Part shown: piece by piece, positions 39,711 to 52,710 of the stretch
How positions within the stretch are numbered: the first letter of the stretch is position 1
Layout: each line of letters opens with the position of its first letter
Assembly (NCBI RefSeq): GCF_001194135.2
Contig: NC_068989.1
Location: 81,389,874 to 81,453,873, forward strand
Origin: Octopus bimaculoides
Taxonomy: Eukaryota
DNA length: 64,000 nucleotides
Direction of reading: 5' to 3'
Notes under the pieces: generated by a model
Told to the model about the DNA's origin: nothing
Databases searched by the model: none
What the model saw: the letters and a program-made list of their open reading frames with translations, nothing else
Translations under genes and position numbers: made by a program

Positions 39711-41359
39711 ATTCCAAGTCACTATGTCGTGGTCTGGAGACAGGAATGTCATCGGTTACAAATTCAAAATAAGTAACCACATACAAAATTCGTTAAGAAA
39801 AACTAATTTTTATTTGATTATTTCGTATTTTACTTGAGGGTCGAGGTCTTGAGTTAAAGTAATTGATATATTTAGCATATGTGTGGGTATTTGTATTTTT
39901 TTTCCATTGGAGTCGTCTGAGAAAGGCGCTGAACCCATGACCTATGCAGGCTCACCAAAACGGTGAGATCGACAAAGTTAAATATTCCTCTTGAACAGCT
40001 GCAAGTTGACGACTGCAGGAAAAACATGTTCAGTATTGGGAATCCAGCGATCCGACAATACAGGAAGCAAAGACTGGACGTAATGGCTTGTGCATTGGTG
40101 ATAAGGAATGGATACAATGTAAGTGATGAGAGGAGAAACAACTCGGGCGGGGCGGGGTGGTGATTGGAGATGATGTCTGCTGATTTGGAGGTGCAGAGGT
40201 CATAGCTGTATCATTAGAGAAAGCAGAGAGAGAAGACAAAGGTAGAAGCGCTTTTGTGAGCGGTTTCATGCCAATCAGTCGAATGGTCGCTTTTTTTATA
40301 TAGTCTACCATGAGCGTGTAGTAGTTACACCTTCCTAGATGTCGAGTATACTCCAATGTAGGTCTTACCTGAATTTTGATTGGACTAGGTAATTCGCACG
40401 TAGACGGCTGGGAAAAATCTTGCTCGTAGAAATAAACTTTTATATTATTGTCAACGACAATAATATAAATTGCTTCAATATTAGAATGAGAAAATGTCTC
40501 TTAATTGGTCATGAGTTTCACATGGCTGCATCTCACGTTGACCTAGAAATAAAATAAATATGAACGGAAGTTAAAGAACCCTGTTCAGGGAGAGAGAGCA
40601 AGTAAGGTGAAAGGGGGAAGGCTTTTCTTTTTTATTTGGAGTGGAATTACAATGGAAAGTGCAGGTTGACATTTGAACTGCTGTTATTTGCTGGGGGTTA
40701 CTTTTCTCAATGCAAACAACGCAGCGACATTTGCAGTGAGTTGATCAAAAATGTATTTATTTTCATTCATTGAACGATTTTATGAGAATTAGGGTATTAT
40801 CTTGTCTCTACCACTGGTACATGATCCGTTTTTGTGTTCTTCGAACCAGAGTAATTCTATCTTTATACTGACAGGTTTATTGTTGAAGAACTTTTCGTGT
40901 AACATTTAGCAGCCCTTTAAATACCTTCAGATGTTTGGGAAGGGATGTTCTAACACCTACTCAACTTGCTCTGTTAATGAGAAGAGAAGTTAATGCTGTG
41001 GGAAAAATTAAATTAGACTGAAATAATTCTGAGATCCATATATTGAATTACTGGCGTTGGTGGATAAGGTCAAATCTGATTGGTGGAGCATTCAAAAGTT
41101 ATTCCTCAGGAACTGCAACCACGCCTTCTTTCGGATGACTTTTCCCTCTGTCTCTAAAAGAGATACACTGCCCACATCATAGCCAACACCTATACCTTAC
41201 ATTCATATTCCCCTTTCCACACAGCCTCACCTCATATACATACTCCTAATGCACGTACACACTCCAGTAACACACCAGAATATTCATTCCTCACTCACTC
41301 TCAACAAACACTCACACACACACACACACACGCGCGCGCACACGCGCGCACGCACACAC

Positions 41360-41643
41360 ATACCACGTGATCGACCAGACTATCGGATGTTGTTATACAT
41401 CTGCTGGTCACAATGCGCTTTGCATCGTTTTAGCTTTCGAATGATGCCACCCTGCTGGCTAGGCGAGCAAGCCAACATTCCCTCTGATCGGAAGGCTAAT
41501 GATTACCCGTTTACAACTGAGTGGGCTGGAACAACTTCAAATGAAGTGTTTTGCTCAAGAACACAACGCGTAGTCGTCTGGGAATCGAAACCGCGATCGT
41601 GAAATCGTAGGTGCAACACACCTAGCCACCAAGCCACGCGTTT
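41360..41643 (-). mobile_element. SINE with E-type head and CORE and a distinct 3' tail
   Basis: Minus strand CGCGTGGCTTGGTGGCTAGG...GGTTTCGATTCCCAGAC...GTGTTCTTGAGCAAAACACTTCATTT. Confidence 0.8.
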
Positions 41644-42649
41644 TCTATTATTCGAAACACTCGTCTATATAATAAATGGCAAGTTTTTACCAAAGGCAAT
41701 AAGAGTCACTCTCATCCTACATTTTTTATCAAATATTCACTATATTCTGAATATCCTGCAGTTCACTGGAGCATCATATACACGCCATTGAATATATCCA
41801 GACAGACATACAAACCTTTCTAAACTTATATTCAAATGTCAATCCTTCGCTGTTGCTGTTACCCAAAATTTCCGCGATGGAGTTTTGATTCTTTGTAAAA
41901 TATCGGCTCCTTCTTTAAGGAAAGAATTCAAATAATTAAAAAGGAAACATAACAGATGAAGATATAACCATAAGTGGCTTGAATGGACTGAGAAATTGTT
42001 TACGGGCTAGCGACAACATTGCAAATTGAGCTTAACAGAATTTACTTGCCACTATATGGCGATGGATAAACGATTACTATTACTATATAAATTCATACAT
42101 TCATTGAGTTATCTCAGGATAACCAAGATATGGCTTCTATGAATTTCTCAGTAGTCAAGAAAAATATATCTCTAGCTATCACATTATGATTTTAAAATCC
42201 TCAGTTGCGTCATACCGATGCTGAATATGTGAAACATTGCTAGAAATGTATTAATTTCTGGTAGGGACATCGTATTTTGTTATGCAAGCATAATATTCTA
42301 CCAAGTAAATTAAAGACTTATAAATCAATACTGTGCCCATCTCCCATGTGTTAGTAGTGCGACCAGTTGCTAGGAAAGTGTTTATTATGTAAAACTGATA
42401 TAGCCAATTGTGTTACACAGCTACGTTTGGTAGCTACTTAAGCAATGTGTTCCAGGATGATTAATGGGTTGGATGTGGTGCTGAAGAAGGAGTAAGAACA
42501 CCTGGAATAGGCATATATACCTATTACCTATTTTCTGTCTTCCATCGCATTGTTTACATAGACGTGTTCGTATACGAAACGTCGTAACTTTCAATACTGG
42601 CTCTAATTTCTATAGAAAATTTGCAGAAAATTTCTATAGAAAACTTGTC

Positions 42650-42882
42650 TTTGTGTCTGTCTGTGATTTCCCTCCCACCTCATCACCGTTTGACAACCGG
42701 TATTGGTGTGCTACAGGTTACCCCGTAACAATAGCGGTTCGGCAAAACAGACCGATAAAATAAGTACTAGGCTTTAAAAAAATGTCAAGGAAGTCGATTT
42801 ATTCGACTAAAACCCTTCGAGGCGGTATTCCAACATGGCTGCAGTCAAATGACTGAAACAATTAAAAGAATAAAAGAATAGA
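42650..42882 (+). mobile_element. SINE family B, 3' half
   Basis: TGACAACCGGTATTGGTG...GCGGTTCGGCAAAACAGACCG...GACTGAAACAATTAAAAGAATAAAAGAAT. Confidence 0.85.
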
Positions 42883-43622
42883 TAACTTTAGAGATGATTA
42901 CTAGAAATATCAAATAATATACAAAAAAAAAATCATATTTTCTTTCCTATGAAGTTTTGGTGCTGAATCAAAATGCATCCATATTAAAGAAATGCACAGA
43001 TGAAAGTATAACAAGTTTGCATGCATTTGGTAGCACAGACATTTAGTAAAACATTGTTTGAAATGCTAGTAAAATACCAGCATTTCTGGCTACATAGTTG
43101 TCAGTCTGTATACAAAAGGTTGCACTGCTCTAGTGACTAGTAATAGATACATGTTTTATTTTCAAAAAGATTGAATCACAATTTAATTACAAAGAAAAAG
43201 AAAGAAAAGGGGGGGGGATTAAACAGCAGAAGATGGAGGAAGGGAGTACACCTCAGAACAAATGGAGTGTTTAGCCGCGCCCCGCGGACAATACTGCGAT
43301 GGCGTTGTTGCAAGTAATGGCCAGCGACATTCGCTGCAGTAGCCATCCCGCCTCACAGAGCTGTGTCCAACTGGTACGAATATGACATAAAAAGTCAGTA
43401 GAGAAGAAAGATGTATTAGTTCCGCCAATGTATTGTACTTGGGGGATTACTGAGTTGGCTTCAGTAAGATTTTGAACTCAGGTTTATTCGTTAAAAATAA
43501 CTGCTCATCTGTAACTATCGAAAAGGAATACTGTAAATATCAGAGAAAGGGCCATTACTGGAAGATTAAAATCAAGGGAAGACAAAATGGTTTTCAGATA
43601 CGGAAAACAAAAATTACTGAAC

Positions 43623-43792
43623 AGGCGCAGGCATGGCTGTGTGGTAAGAAGCTTGCTTCCCAACCACATCGTTCCAGGTTCAGTCCCACTGCGTGGCACC
43701 TTGGGCAAGTGTCTTCTACTACAGTCTCGGGCCAACCAAAGCCTTGTGAGTGGATTTGGTTGACGGAAACCGGAAACTGAAAGAAGCCCGTC

Positions 43793-43836
<44 letters not shown>

Positions 43837-44076
43837 ATATATATATACAGTATATATGAATGTGTTTGTATGTCCGTGTTTGTCCTCCACCATCCCTTGA
43901 CAACCGATGTTGATGTATTTACGTCCCCGTAAATTAGCGGTTCGGCAAAAGAGACCGATAGAATAAGTACTAGGCTTACAAAGAATGAGTCCTGGGGTCG
44001 ATTTGTTCCATTAAATAAAGTGCTCCAGCATGGCCGCAGTTAAATGACTGAAACAAATAAAAGAATAAAAGAATAA
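43623..44076 (+). mobile_element. SINE family B, full length
   Basis: tRNA-like head GGCGCAGGCATGGCTGTGTGGTAAG...GGTTCAGTCCCAC, CORE-like CACCTTGGGCAAGTGTCTT, internal (TA)n, 3' domain, and (AAAAGAAT)n tail. Confidence 0.9.
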
Positions 44077-44234
44077 ATGACAGTTAACAATTGAAATATT
44101 TTTATTATATCTCTTTGTGGCTAGTTTACAGATTTGATTCTTTACGTTGCTATTTATCTCGACAACGCATGGAATTGTGCCTATCCTTGTTTATTACTGA
44201 CCCTCCAAATTAAATTTCAAAGTACTGGTCGGTT

Positions 44235-44525
44235 CGCTCGCCACACATAGCTAAACGGGCCCTGGTTCGGGTCAATGTCCCCTCAGTTCAGGAGCCAGCG
44301 AGACAATCCAGAAGTGATTGGAAGAGATCAGCCCTTCTTACCCTTTATTCCTGAGGTTCCGCTGTCTGTAACTCCGTTGCTCCCCACCCCCCACATCCTG
44401 GATGCTGCGGTAAACGGGAGGGCCACTGCTTCCGTAGCCGAACAGAAGAAAATCGTTAAGTATCGGGACCTGTCAGTGAACCTTTTCTTCCAGCCTGTGA
44501 CGTTTGAAACGTTTGGAGACGTTTT
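44235..44525 (+). mobile_element. CRE-clade LINE 3' fragment (REL endonuclease)
   Basis: KRALVRVNVPSVQEP, SDWKR, AVNGRATASVAEQKKIVKYRDLSVNLFFQPVTFETFG match the CRE C-terminal pattern (KRAL..A.IPS..EP..L.R.DGKRPD...AE..K..KY..L....F.P...ET.G). Confidence 0.75.
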
Positions 44526-44781
44526 GAGACGTTGAAAGAGTGTGAATGATGCTTTATTTTTATTTTTATATGGATAAAGATGAAGTTTCTTAAAGATGAA
44601 AAAATAGTTAATTTTTGAAATTTCGTTGAATATTCCTTTCTTTCATCGAACTCGTTATATAACCCATACATTAAGCAAACTAATTAGTCGTTGACATATC
44701 GTATAGCATAAAAAGCAGAAGTGGTTATATTTACAAAATAAAACCTTCAATTTTTATCGTGTACAAATTTCCTACTGTACC

Positions 44782-45409
44782 AGCAAGCGACCAGTTTTTT
44801 ATTTGTTCTATCAACCAAAGCCCTTTTTTTCCAGCAGCGTGTTAGAATGGCTAAATCACGCATTTCTGCATCATTAGTAGCAAGTATCTACTATCGACCG
44901 CATGCCCAAGTACACAGAAATCACGTGAAGTAACAATTCTACCACAGCTGCTAACAGTTCAATGAAAATTACTTACATTTATGTTTTGCGGTAGTATATG
45001 GCTGCACTCAGCTCAAAAACATAAACGACAATGCATTAAAAAAGTCTATGTCAATCAAATTCAATGTCTGTCCTACGATATGTATTTATACTATAATTAA
45101 TGAATTTAGTTAAGTATGTAATAACTGTGGAGGCTGAAATTCTCTAGAAGGAATATCAAATATTTAATATTACTCAACCAGTAAGTAAATACTTGCAAGA
45201 TTCTTCTTGTAACTTTCACCGGTTTCCTAGCAAGCGACCAGTTCTTTATTTGTTCTATCAATCAAAGCCCTTTCTTCCAGCAGCGCGTTGGAAAGGCTAA
45301 ATCACTCATCTCTGCATTATTAATAGCAAGTATCCACTATCGACCGTATGCCCAAGTACGCAGAAATCATGTGATGTAACAATTCCACCACAGCTGCTGA
45401 TAGTTCGAT
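44782..45409. repeat. Diverged ~180-bp direct repeat (44782-44963 / 45229-45409)
   Basis: AGCAAGCGACCAGTT..TTATTTGTTCTATCAA.CAAAGCCC...ACTATCGACCG.ATGCCCAAGTAC.CAGAAATCA occurs in both copies. Confidence 0.85.
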
Positions 45410-46096
45410 TGCTGCTGATGGTTCTATGATTTTTAGCACTACACGTCTTTAAGTGTTTTCTCAAGACGAATACCGCATTGTTGCGGCTTTTTTTTAGTAT
45501 AACCACGTTACACAAGGTATACAAATTGCTATTCAGTACTAATACTGCTTTTGTCGCTAATAACGAATTTTTACCCAACCCGTCCCGCCGGCTATTTGCA
45601 ACACCAGCGACTGATTAATCATTGTTTTTCTATACATCAGCGGAGGCGAAATTTGTTTGAGCATGGCGTTGACTGCGAATACTTGCTACCAATGACGCAC
45701 AAATACGCAGAAATCACGTAATACAGCACTGTGTGTGTGTGTGTGTGTGTGTGTGTGCTTGGAAGCATAAATTTAAAACTATACAAAAAAATCTTAAAAA
45801 ACCATGACACAAATTTTGGGGAAAAAGTGTTCGTACAATGTGGGCACTTTTGCAGTTTACAACTTTTCTGATACACGTGTTACAGAGTAAACTGTATAGA
45901 GGAAGCGGTGTGTAACAACACCCAATACTCTGGTGATGGTGTGTGTGTGTGTGTAAGTATATACATACATACATATATACATACATACATACATACATAC
46001 AGACAGACAGACTCACACACGCACACACATACATACATAAATATGTGTGTGTGTGCATGAGTGTGTATGTATGTATACAAAGAGAGATGGGAGGGA

Positions 46097-46136
<40 letters not shown>

Positions 46137-46273
46137 AAAGGAGATTTATATACACAAACACATGATAAAAGATAATCCAACAGAAAAAAAAACTAATAGT
46201 ACACCATAACTCAGACCCTCTCTTTAAAACACATCACGCTGTGTGCTGTGATATTTTGATTATACATTGTAAC

Positions 46274-46307
<34 letters not shown>

Positions 46308-46550
46308 TTTTAATGTAGACTGGTAAAATATTACTGGGTACATGAACCCAAGTATAATCTGGTGAAATTTTTGGCACACCTCTTCTTGTGATAATGTGTC
46401 ATATGGTTTTAGTGAACGAAATTATTACGAACGCTTTAGTTGCATTAAATGTGTCTACATAAGTGAATGAATGATGCCCATATGTGTCGGTCTTAAAGGT
46501 TTGTTTCATTGTGCGTGTGCGTGCGTGTGCGTGTGCGTGTGTGTGTGTGT

Positions 46551-46601
<51 letters not shown>

Positions 46602-46931
46602 TTCTTACATTTCTCTATTCAGAAATAATCATATTTTATGATATTATGTCTTATCAACTGTGTTCCATGGAAATGTCAGCAACTTATAAGATTTTTTGAA
46701 AAGTTATATATTTCTGCTCAGTAGCATTTAATTTTGACATTTTAAAGAATAACAGTTGAGTCATTGGATCTTAGTTTAAAGCAGGAAATTCTATGCCAAA
46801 ATATCGGCCATGTTAGAGGTGTGGAGTAAACAATCTGGGTAAAAATCAAGATGTTCTAAATGTTCACAAACGCCTACTTTCTTTAAGAAAAACAAAAAAA
46901 CGTGTGAGAGCCACATATCTCCGCCAATTCT

Positions 46932-47033
<102 letters not shown>

Positions 47034-47374
47034 GAGTAACCGAACCGTCAATAATGATGGTGGCGTTATTGAAATATGTACATGAAGAAAGTTGCTGATG
47101 AGAGTGTGAGAGTTTAAATAAAAATGCCAAAATAACAGGAAAATAGGTAAATCATATTCATTACTCCCCAAATAGTATACAGGTTTGATTGTTTTCAATA
47201 TGTACAATATTTTGTAATCAATGATTTACTAGTTATTCTAAATTATGTTATTCTCTGCAATAAATGCTCGGTCTAATCTTACAAATGCTGTATATGTATC
47301 TGTATTCAAAACTACCGAAATATGTGCATCTTTACTTGTGGATACATGATCTTACTGCACTCACTTAGAAGAGG

Positions 47375-48295
47375 GCTAATGCTTTTATTCCACTTTTCCA
47401 CACATTCTGTGTTTGTTTTCTGACTGAGTTGTATCAATTTTCGCTTTTATCAGATTCGTTCCAATTGCTTGTTCCTGAGTGGCTACAATTAGTGATTCAG
47501 TTTCTCATTTCAGCTTTCAATCTCTCAGTAACAACCAGAGCTTTTCATTTCCAACTTCCTTGGTTTGTTGCATAAATTAGCCATGTAGATCTTTCTCTTT
47601 CCGGTTATTCGTCCTGTTGTTCTTTCTGTTATTGAACTTTTTTTTACTATTTCAGTAACTTCGATTTTTTCTAACTTCAAATGACAGTCTTTCTGCATTA
47701 TGCATAAAATTGTTTTTCAAATTGGAAATTGCAGCATTTATGGTGTTTTCTACATTTAACAAATCTCTGTCTCCTTCCCGTCTTGATAAACAGAACCAGT
47801 CACTGTAATGGTGAAACTCCTTGTGCGTTGTAAAAAAAACTTCCTAGTATTTCTATGCCATTCATATAATTTTGTCTTTGTCCACTTAAAAAAAAGGGAG
47901 CACAGTCTCTCAACACTTGTACGATTCACGTAGTGGTTATCTTGATGCAATTACCTCCAGTGAGTTTTCTTCAAGCATCTTCCTAATCCTTCTCTTGAAC
48001 TCTTTGGAGACTGTCTCTCTCGTTTCTGTTTCCATTATCTTACCACCCTGCTGTACCTCTAGGTATTTGTCTACTTCATTCTCTTTCAGTGATCTAACAG
48101 TATTTTCTTATGATATCTTTATTCCATCAGATTTGATCGTTCAAATTCTCTTCTTAATACTGTCCCCTTATTTATCCCAAACTGCATACCAGTATCCTTG
48201 CTAAATATTCTTATTGTTTGAACGAGAGAAACAAAGTTTTTCTTACATTTTTAGAAACAAATTATTTATTTTCTCCTTAGCAAGCTCATAAGCAC
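47375..48295 (-). mobile_element. R4/Dong LINE fragment (RT C-terminus to CCHC)
   Basis: LVQTIRIFSKDTGMQFGINK, KYLEVQ...VSKEFKRRIRKML, KWTKTKLYEWHRNTRK, ETESLIVATQEQAIGTNLIKAKID. Confidence 0.85.
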
Positions 48296-48439
48296 GTCTG
48301 GATTTTCTTGGTATATTTGTCAAAGGAATGAACGCAATCGTGAAAAATAATGGAACATTACTCTGAAATATACCCCTCAAGATGTTTACAGTTCCTAATG
48401 ATTCACTTCTTCACTTCAGTCCTACTACCTAGAATCTCA

Positions 48440-48600
48440 CTGAGTTTTATCAAAGAAAATGTTAATCTTTTCATGGACCAGATGTGTGGTGGTACCGCAT
48501 GTATAGCATCTTGGTCTCGATGTTTTCCAGTTTTGTTTGAAGGTCATCTCTATACTAAAACCCGACCAGTTATAATAGTAGCTATCAACCACCGTGTGCT
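48440..48600 (-). mobile_element. Possible gag/ORF1 zinc-knuckle remnant
   Basis: SRPRCYTCGTTTHLVHE fits CX2CX4H but the final Cys is absent. Confidence 0.3.
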
Positions 48601-49802
48601 TATTGTTGGTTGAACGTCTTTCATCTTCGCCTTCACAAATCTTTGACCCCTGAAGGAAGGCATTTTCAAAAATTGGCGAGGTGATAAAGGGAGTTAGTGT
48701 CTCTTTCTTAAATGCATACCTCACATTTATTGTTCAATAGAATAAAACAAACAATAATCAACAACTCATATAAAAATTATTAGACCAAACTCAGAACAAT
48801 GCATACATAAAAATAACAATGAATATAATAGACATTACACCTATTCAAAATAAACAAACCACGCACAGTATGACAAGTACTAAATGCATACTAACTATAG
48901 GGTAAGCTAAATGACTACTAACACATTTAACGCAAGAAGCAAGAAAACTCTAATCAAGACTGGGTGAACATTAAAGCAATATTTAAATTTGATTAAGGTA
49001 GATATACATTACATCACAAAATTGTACTCTACCAAAAACTAGTCCCGAGTTATATATAATTCATACCATCCAAAAACAGTTTCTCGATTTGTTAAAACAA
49101 ATTTAAGATAGGACGGGGATCTTTTCTGCTTGGTTGCACCTGTGGAAATTTTAACGTTAAGTGAAATATTTTAAATTTAGTGCACTGACGTAATTTACGA
49201 CACTGAATCTCAGAAGATAACTCACTTTTTCAAGAATTTTTTTTTCTTTTTAAATTACAGAAATTTAAAGTTTGATCATTTTTATCCAGTCAGAAAACAG
49301 GATTTGAAAGCTGTCATTCTGTGCTTGACAGCACGTGTTGTCAACTGTAGACAAATGAAATATTGACGATATTCTGCTTTACGCACGCCATGTAACCCCT
49401 CATAACTTTTTTATTTGGGGGAATTTTCAGAAAAGTTTTGCGAATTTGTATTCTACACGCGAGAATTCATACGATCGAGCAAAAATCAAAACAAAAACTA
49501 TTTTTCGTGCATGATTTAAGGCCTATTTAGCTGTTATTTTTAGCTCATCTCATGATCAACTCGCACCGCATGTTTTAAGCATTAAATAAGCGACAAAAGG
49601 GACACGTGAGTTAGCAGCTTGGTAATAGTTTGGCTTGTTACTATGGAAAACAGGCATCTATATGTCTGTGGCTTTCGATTGACTAAAATTACCCAAAATT
49701 TGCAAACTTCATTTATTGATTGATGGCAAAAATGAATTTCATGACAATGATTACTTTATAAAACTACACAAATACGCCAAATATGAAATCATTTTGCTAG
49801 AT

Positions 49803-50104
49803 CTCTTTGGAGACTGTCTCTCTCATTTCTGTTTCCATTATCTTACCACCCTGCTATACCTCTAGGTATTTGTCTACTTCATTCTCTCCCAGTGATCTAA
49901 CAGTATCGTCTTATGATATCTTTATTCGATCAGATTTGATCTTTCAAATTCTCTTCTTAATACTGCCCCCTTATTTATCCCAATCTGCATTGCAGTATCC
50001 TTGCTAAATATTCTTATTGTTTGAACGAGAGAATCAAAGTTTTTTTCTTACATTTTTAGTAACAGATTATTTATTTTCTCCTTGCTCTTAGCAAGCTCAA
50101 AAGC
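49803..50104 (-). repeat. Local duplicate of the R4/Dong segment at 48000-48295
   Basis: High similarity over ~300 bp, with the same end point and the same internal loss of the YMDD region. Confidence 0.9.
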
Positions 50105-50234
50105 AAAAATTGAGGAAATTGAAAAATGGCAGCCAAACAGAAAAGATCCTAGGACAGAATCCAGAGCAGAATTTAACGAATAGATCTTAGGCACCTAGGG
50201 CAAGTGTCATACACTCTAGCCCCAAGCCCGTCGT

Positions 50235-50299
<65 letters not shown>

Positions 50300-50565
50300 N
50301 NNNNNNNNNNNNNNNNNNNNNNNNNNNNNNNNNNNNNNNNNNNNNNNNNNNNNNNNNNNNNNNNNNNNNNNNNNNNNNNNNNNNNNNNNNNNNNNNNNNN
50401 NNNNNNNNNNNNNNNNNNNNNNNNNNNNNNNNNNNNNNNNNNNNNNNNNNNNNNNNNNNNNNNNNNNNNNNNNNNNNNNNNNNNNNNNNNNNNNNNNNNN
50501 NNNNNNNNNNNNNNNNNNNNNNNNNNNNNNNNNNNNNNNNNNNNNNNNNNNNNNNNNNNNNNNNN

Positions 50566-50633
<68 letters not shown>

Positions 50634-50709
50634 CGTTTGTGAGATTGTAAATATGATTTTTTGTTTTTTGTTTTATGTTTTTGTTTTTTTTACAAAATCA
50701 ACGTTGTAG

Positions 50710-51184
50710 AATCAAATGTGTGCAAGCAGATAAAAGGTCATCAAATAAAGAGGAAATTAAATAAACGTACGTGTATCTAAATTGCTACAAATTATTCTAC
50801 TGAGGCTTGACCGAAGTTAACGTCTAACTAGGAGAGCGTGCCAAATAAAAGAGCTAACCACGGCTGCTGATGTCTGCTCGTGACTGCTCAGAGAGCCCCT
50901 GGCATAGATAAAAGTTTTAAACATCCGTTTAAATGTAGTTCAACAGAATACCGGTTTTTGATTGGCCATATAAGTGGCTTTGCATAAAGTTGAAACGAAC
51001 GAGGATATTAGTATTTTGTAAAAAATAAAATGCATGTATGGTTAACTTTCGTGCTACCATATACTCTTAATGAATGAATAAGTTAATGATGTGGAGGAGG
51101 ATAAATGTGAAAACTGCAGACTGCAGAAGTTCCGCTGTTTAGCTGCATAACTTGTCACGTGCAATGTGCCTGAATTTATAACAA

Positions 51185-51227
<43 letters not shown>

Positions 51228-52440
51228 CAAATTAAAACTAAATCCATATAAAAACTGTAAAGGAAATACAAAAAAAAATACATGTGTGAAACGTTTAAAA
51301 TGTTGAAATGATTGATTTAACAGGAAGAAAAAAGAAAGAAACAAGCAATTCCCTTGCCAGAAAGAATTAATGATATATAAAAGAAAAAACGTTCAAAGCA
51401 CAGTCTGTTTACATTAATCAAGAAGTACCGTCGTATTTCTACTGGTTTCGGTGGTATAGTTTCGAAATATGAAGACAGATGGCGGTTCCACATGTGTCTT
51501 ATTTTCTGTTCTTCAGACGTCATTTGAAGAAATGATGGCACCAATATGTTAAAGATGAGTCGGTTAATGTTCCTTATGACTAGTAATTGCTGCCTCGTAG
51601 TTGATAACTCTTATTTCTGAACAGAAGGGATAGATGAAGTAATAACAGAAACGAAAGAGGAACTTCGGGTGTTATATCGTGACAGAAAACTGGCTTCAAC
51701 CAGTGGCAAGTGAAGGTTGAACCGATAGATCCGAACGAAGATAACCCAAAGACCACAGACGAATGAACAAGAGGTGAAGTCAATATCATTGCAACATCAG
51801 TTCTGAACACAAACTGAAAAATTTCGTACTAAACCGTAATGAGTTTGTAAACAAGTGCAGCCCGATCATGATAAAAATATAAACACATAGTGTACAATTC
51901 TTTCACGAAAATATCTAATCAATCATAAAAAAAAAAGAAACGTTTCTATTTAGTCAAGAAAAGGCTGTAATCAGAAACAAGGTTATTTGTTGGAAAGTCG
52001 CTAATTGTAGACTGATTCGTAGCTGTCCAATAGAAAACATGGCCACTTGTTCGAAAACTCGAGGTCACTAATTTGTAGGGAACATAAGCCCTAGTTTATT
52101 AAACTGATTTAATTACCGTTTTCTCGTATATTTTACATAATTAAAGTTTTATCGCAAATAAATGTGTTCGGGTAAAATGTACGAACATATTTTCTCCCAG
52201 AGTCAAATAAGAGTAGGCAGTCATCAGCAAATAGAAAAATCAGATAAACGCGCATGTCTTTAAACTGGCTGAAGTTTTCTGTTGAGGCTTGACCAAAGCT
52301 AATATCTAACTAGGATGTAATTTCAAATAAGAGAGCTTACTGTAGATGCTGATGACAGTTCAAAAGGCCAGCTTAGTAGTTTGACTTCTGTTCAGATAAC
52401 GAAAAAGTATTTCATAAGACTACAAGTTTTTGATTGGTTA
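50710..52440. repeat. Old diverged direct repeat (~50710-50970 / ~52201-52440)
   Basis: TGAGGCTTGACCGAAGTTAACGTCTAACTAGGA versus TGAGGCTTGACCAAAGCTAATATCTAACTAGGA; both copies end near TTTTTGATTGG. Confidence 0.65.
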
Positions 52441-52710
52441 CAATTTCTCATCAGCAAAAATAACACTTGAAAAGCAATGAAATTAAAATTGTTTTCAAAA
52501 ATTTACTTCAACCTCCTTAAAAATAGGGAACCACGAGCCAATAAGCTTGCTAAGAAAATACAAATAACCAATGATAAACCGTTATTGCATATGCAAGACT
52601 AACAACCAACGTGCTATACTGTGCATGGAGGTGGGGTTATTAGATAGAAACATCTGACAGTGTGCAAGAACACTTTGACCATTATCAAACGATGGCATAT
52701 TTCCTTTCAG

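Noticed and set aside
51546-51600. Alternative start exon MLKMSRLMFLMTSNCCL for the LamG gene
   Set aside because: It would need the weak donor GTAGTT. It is less convincing than the 30139 candidate, though not excluded.
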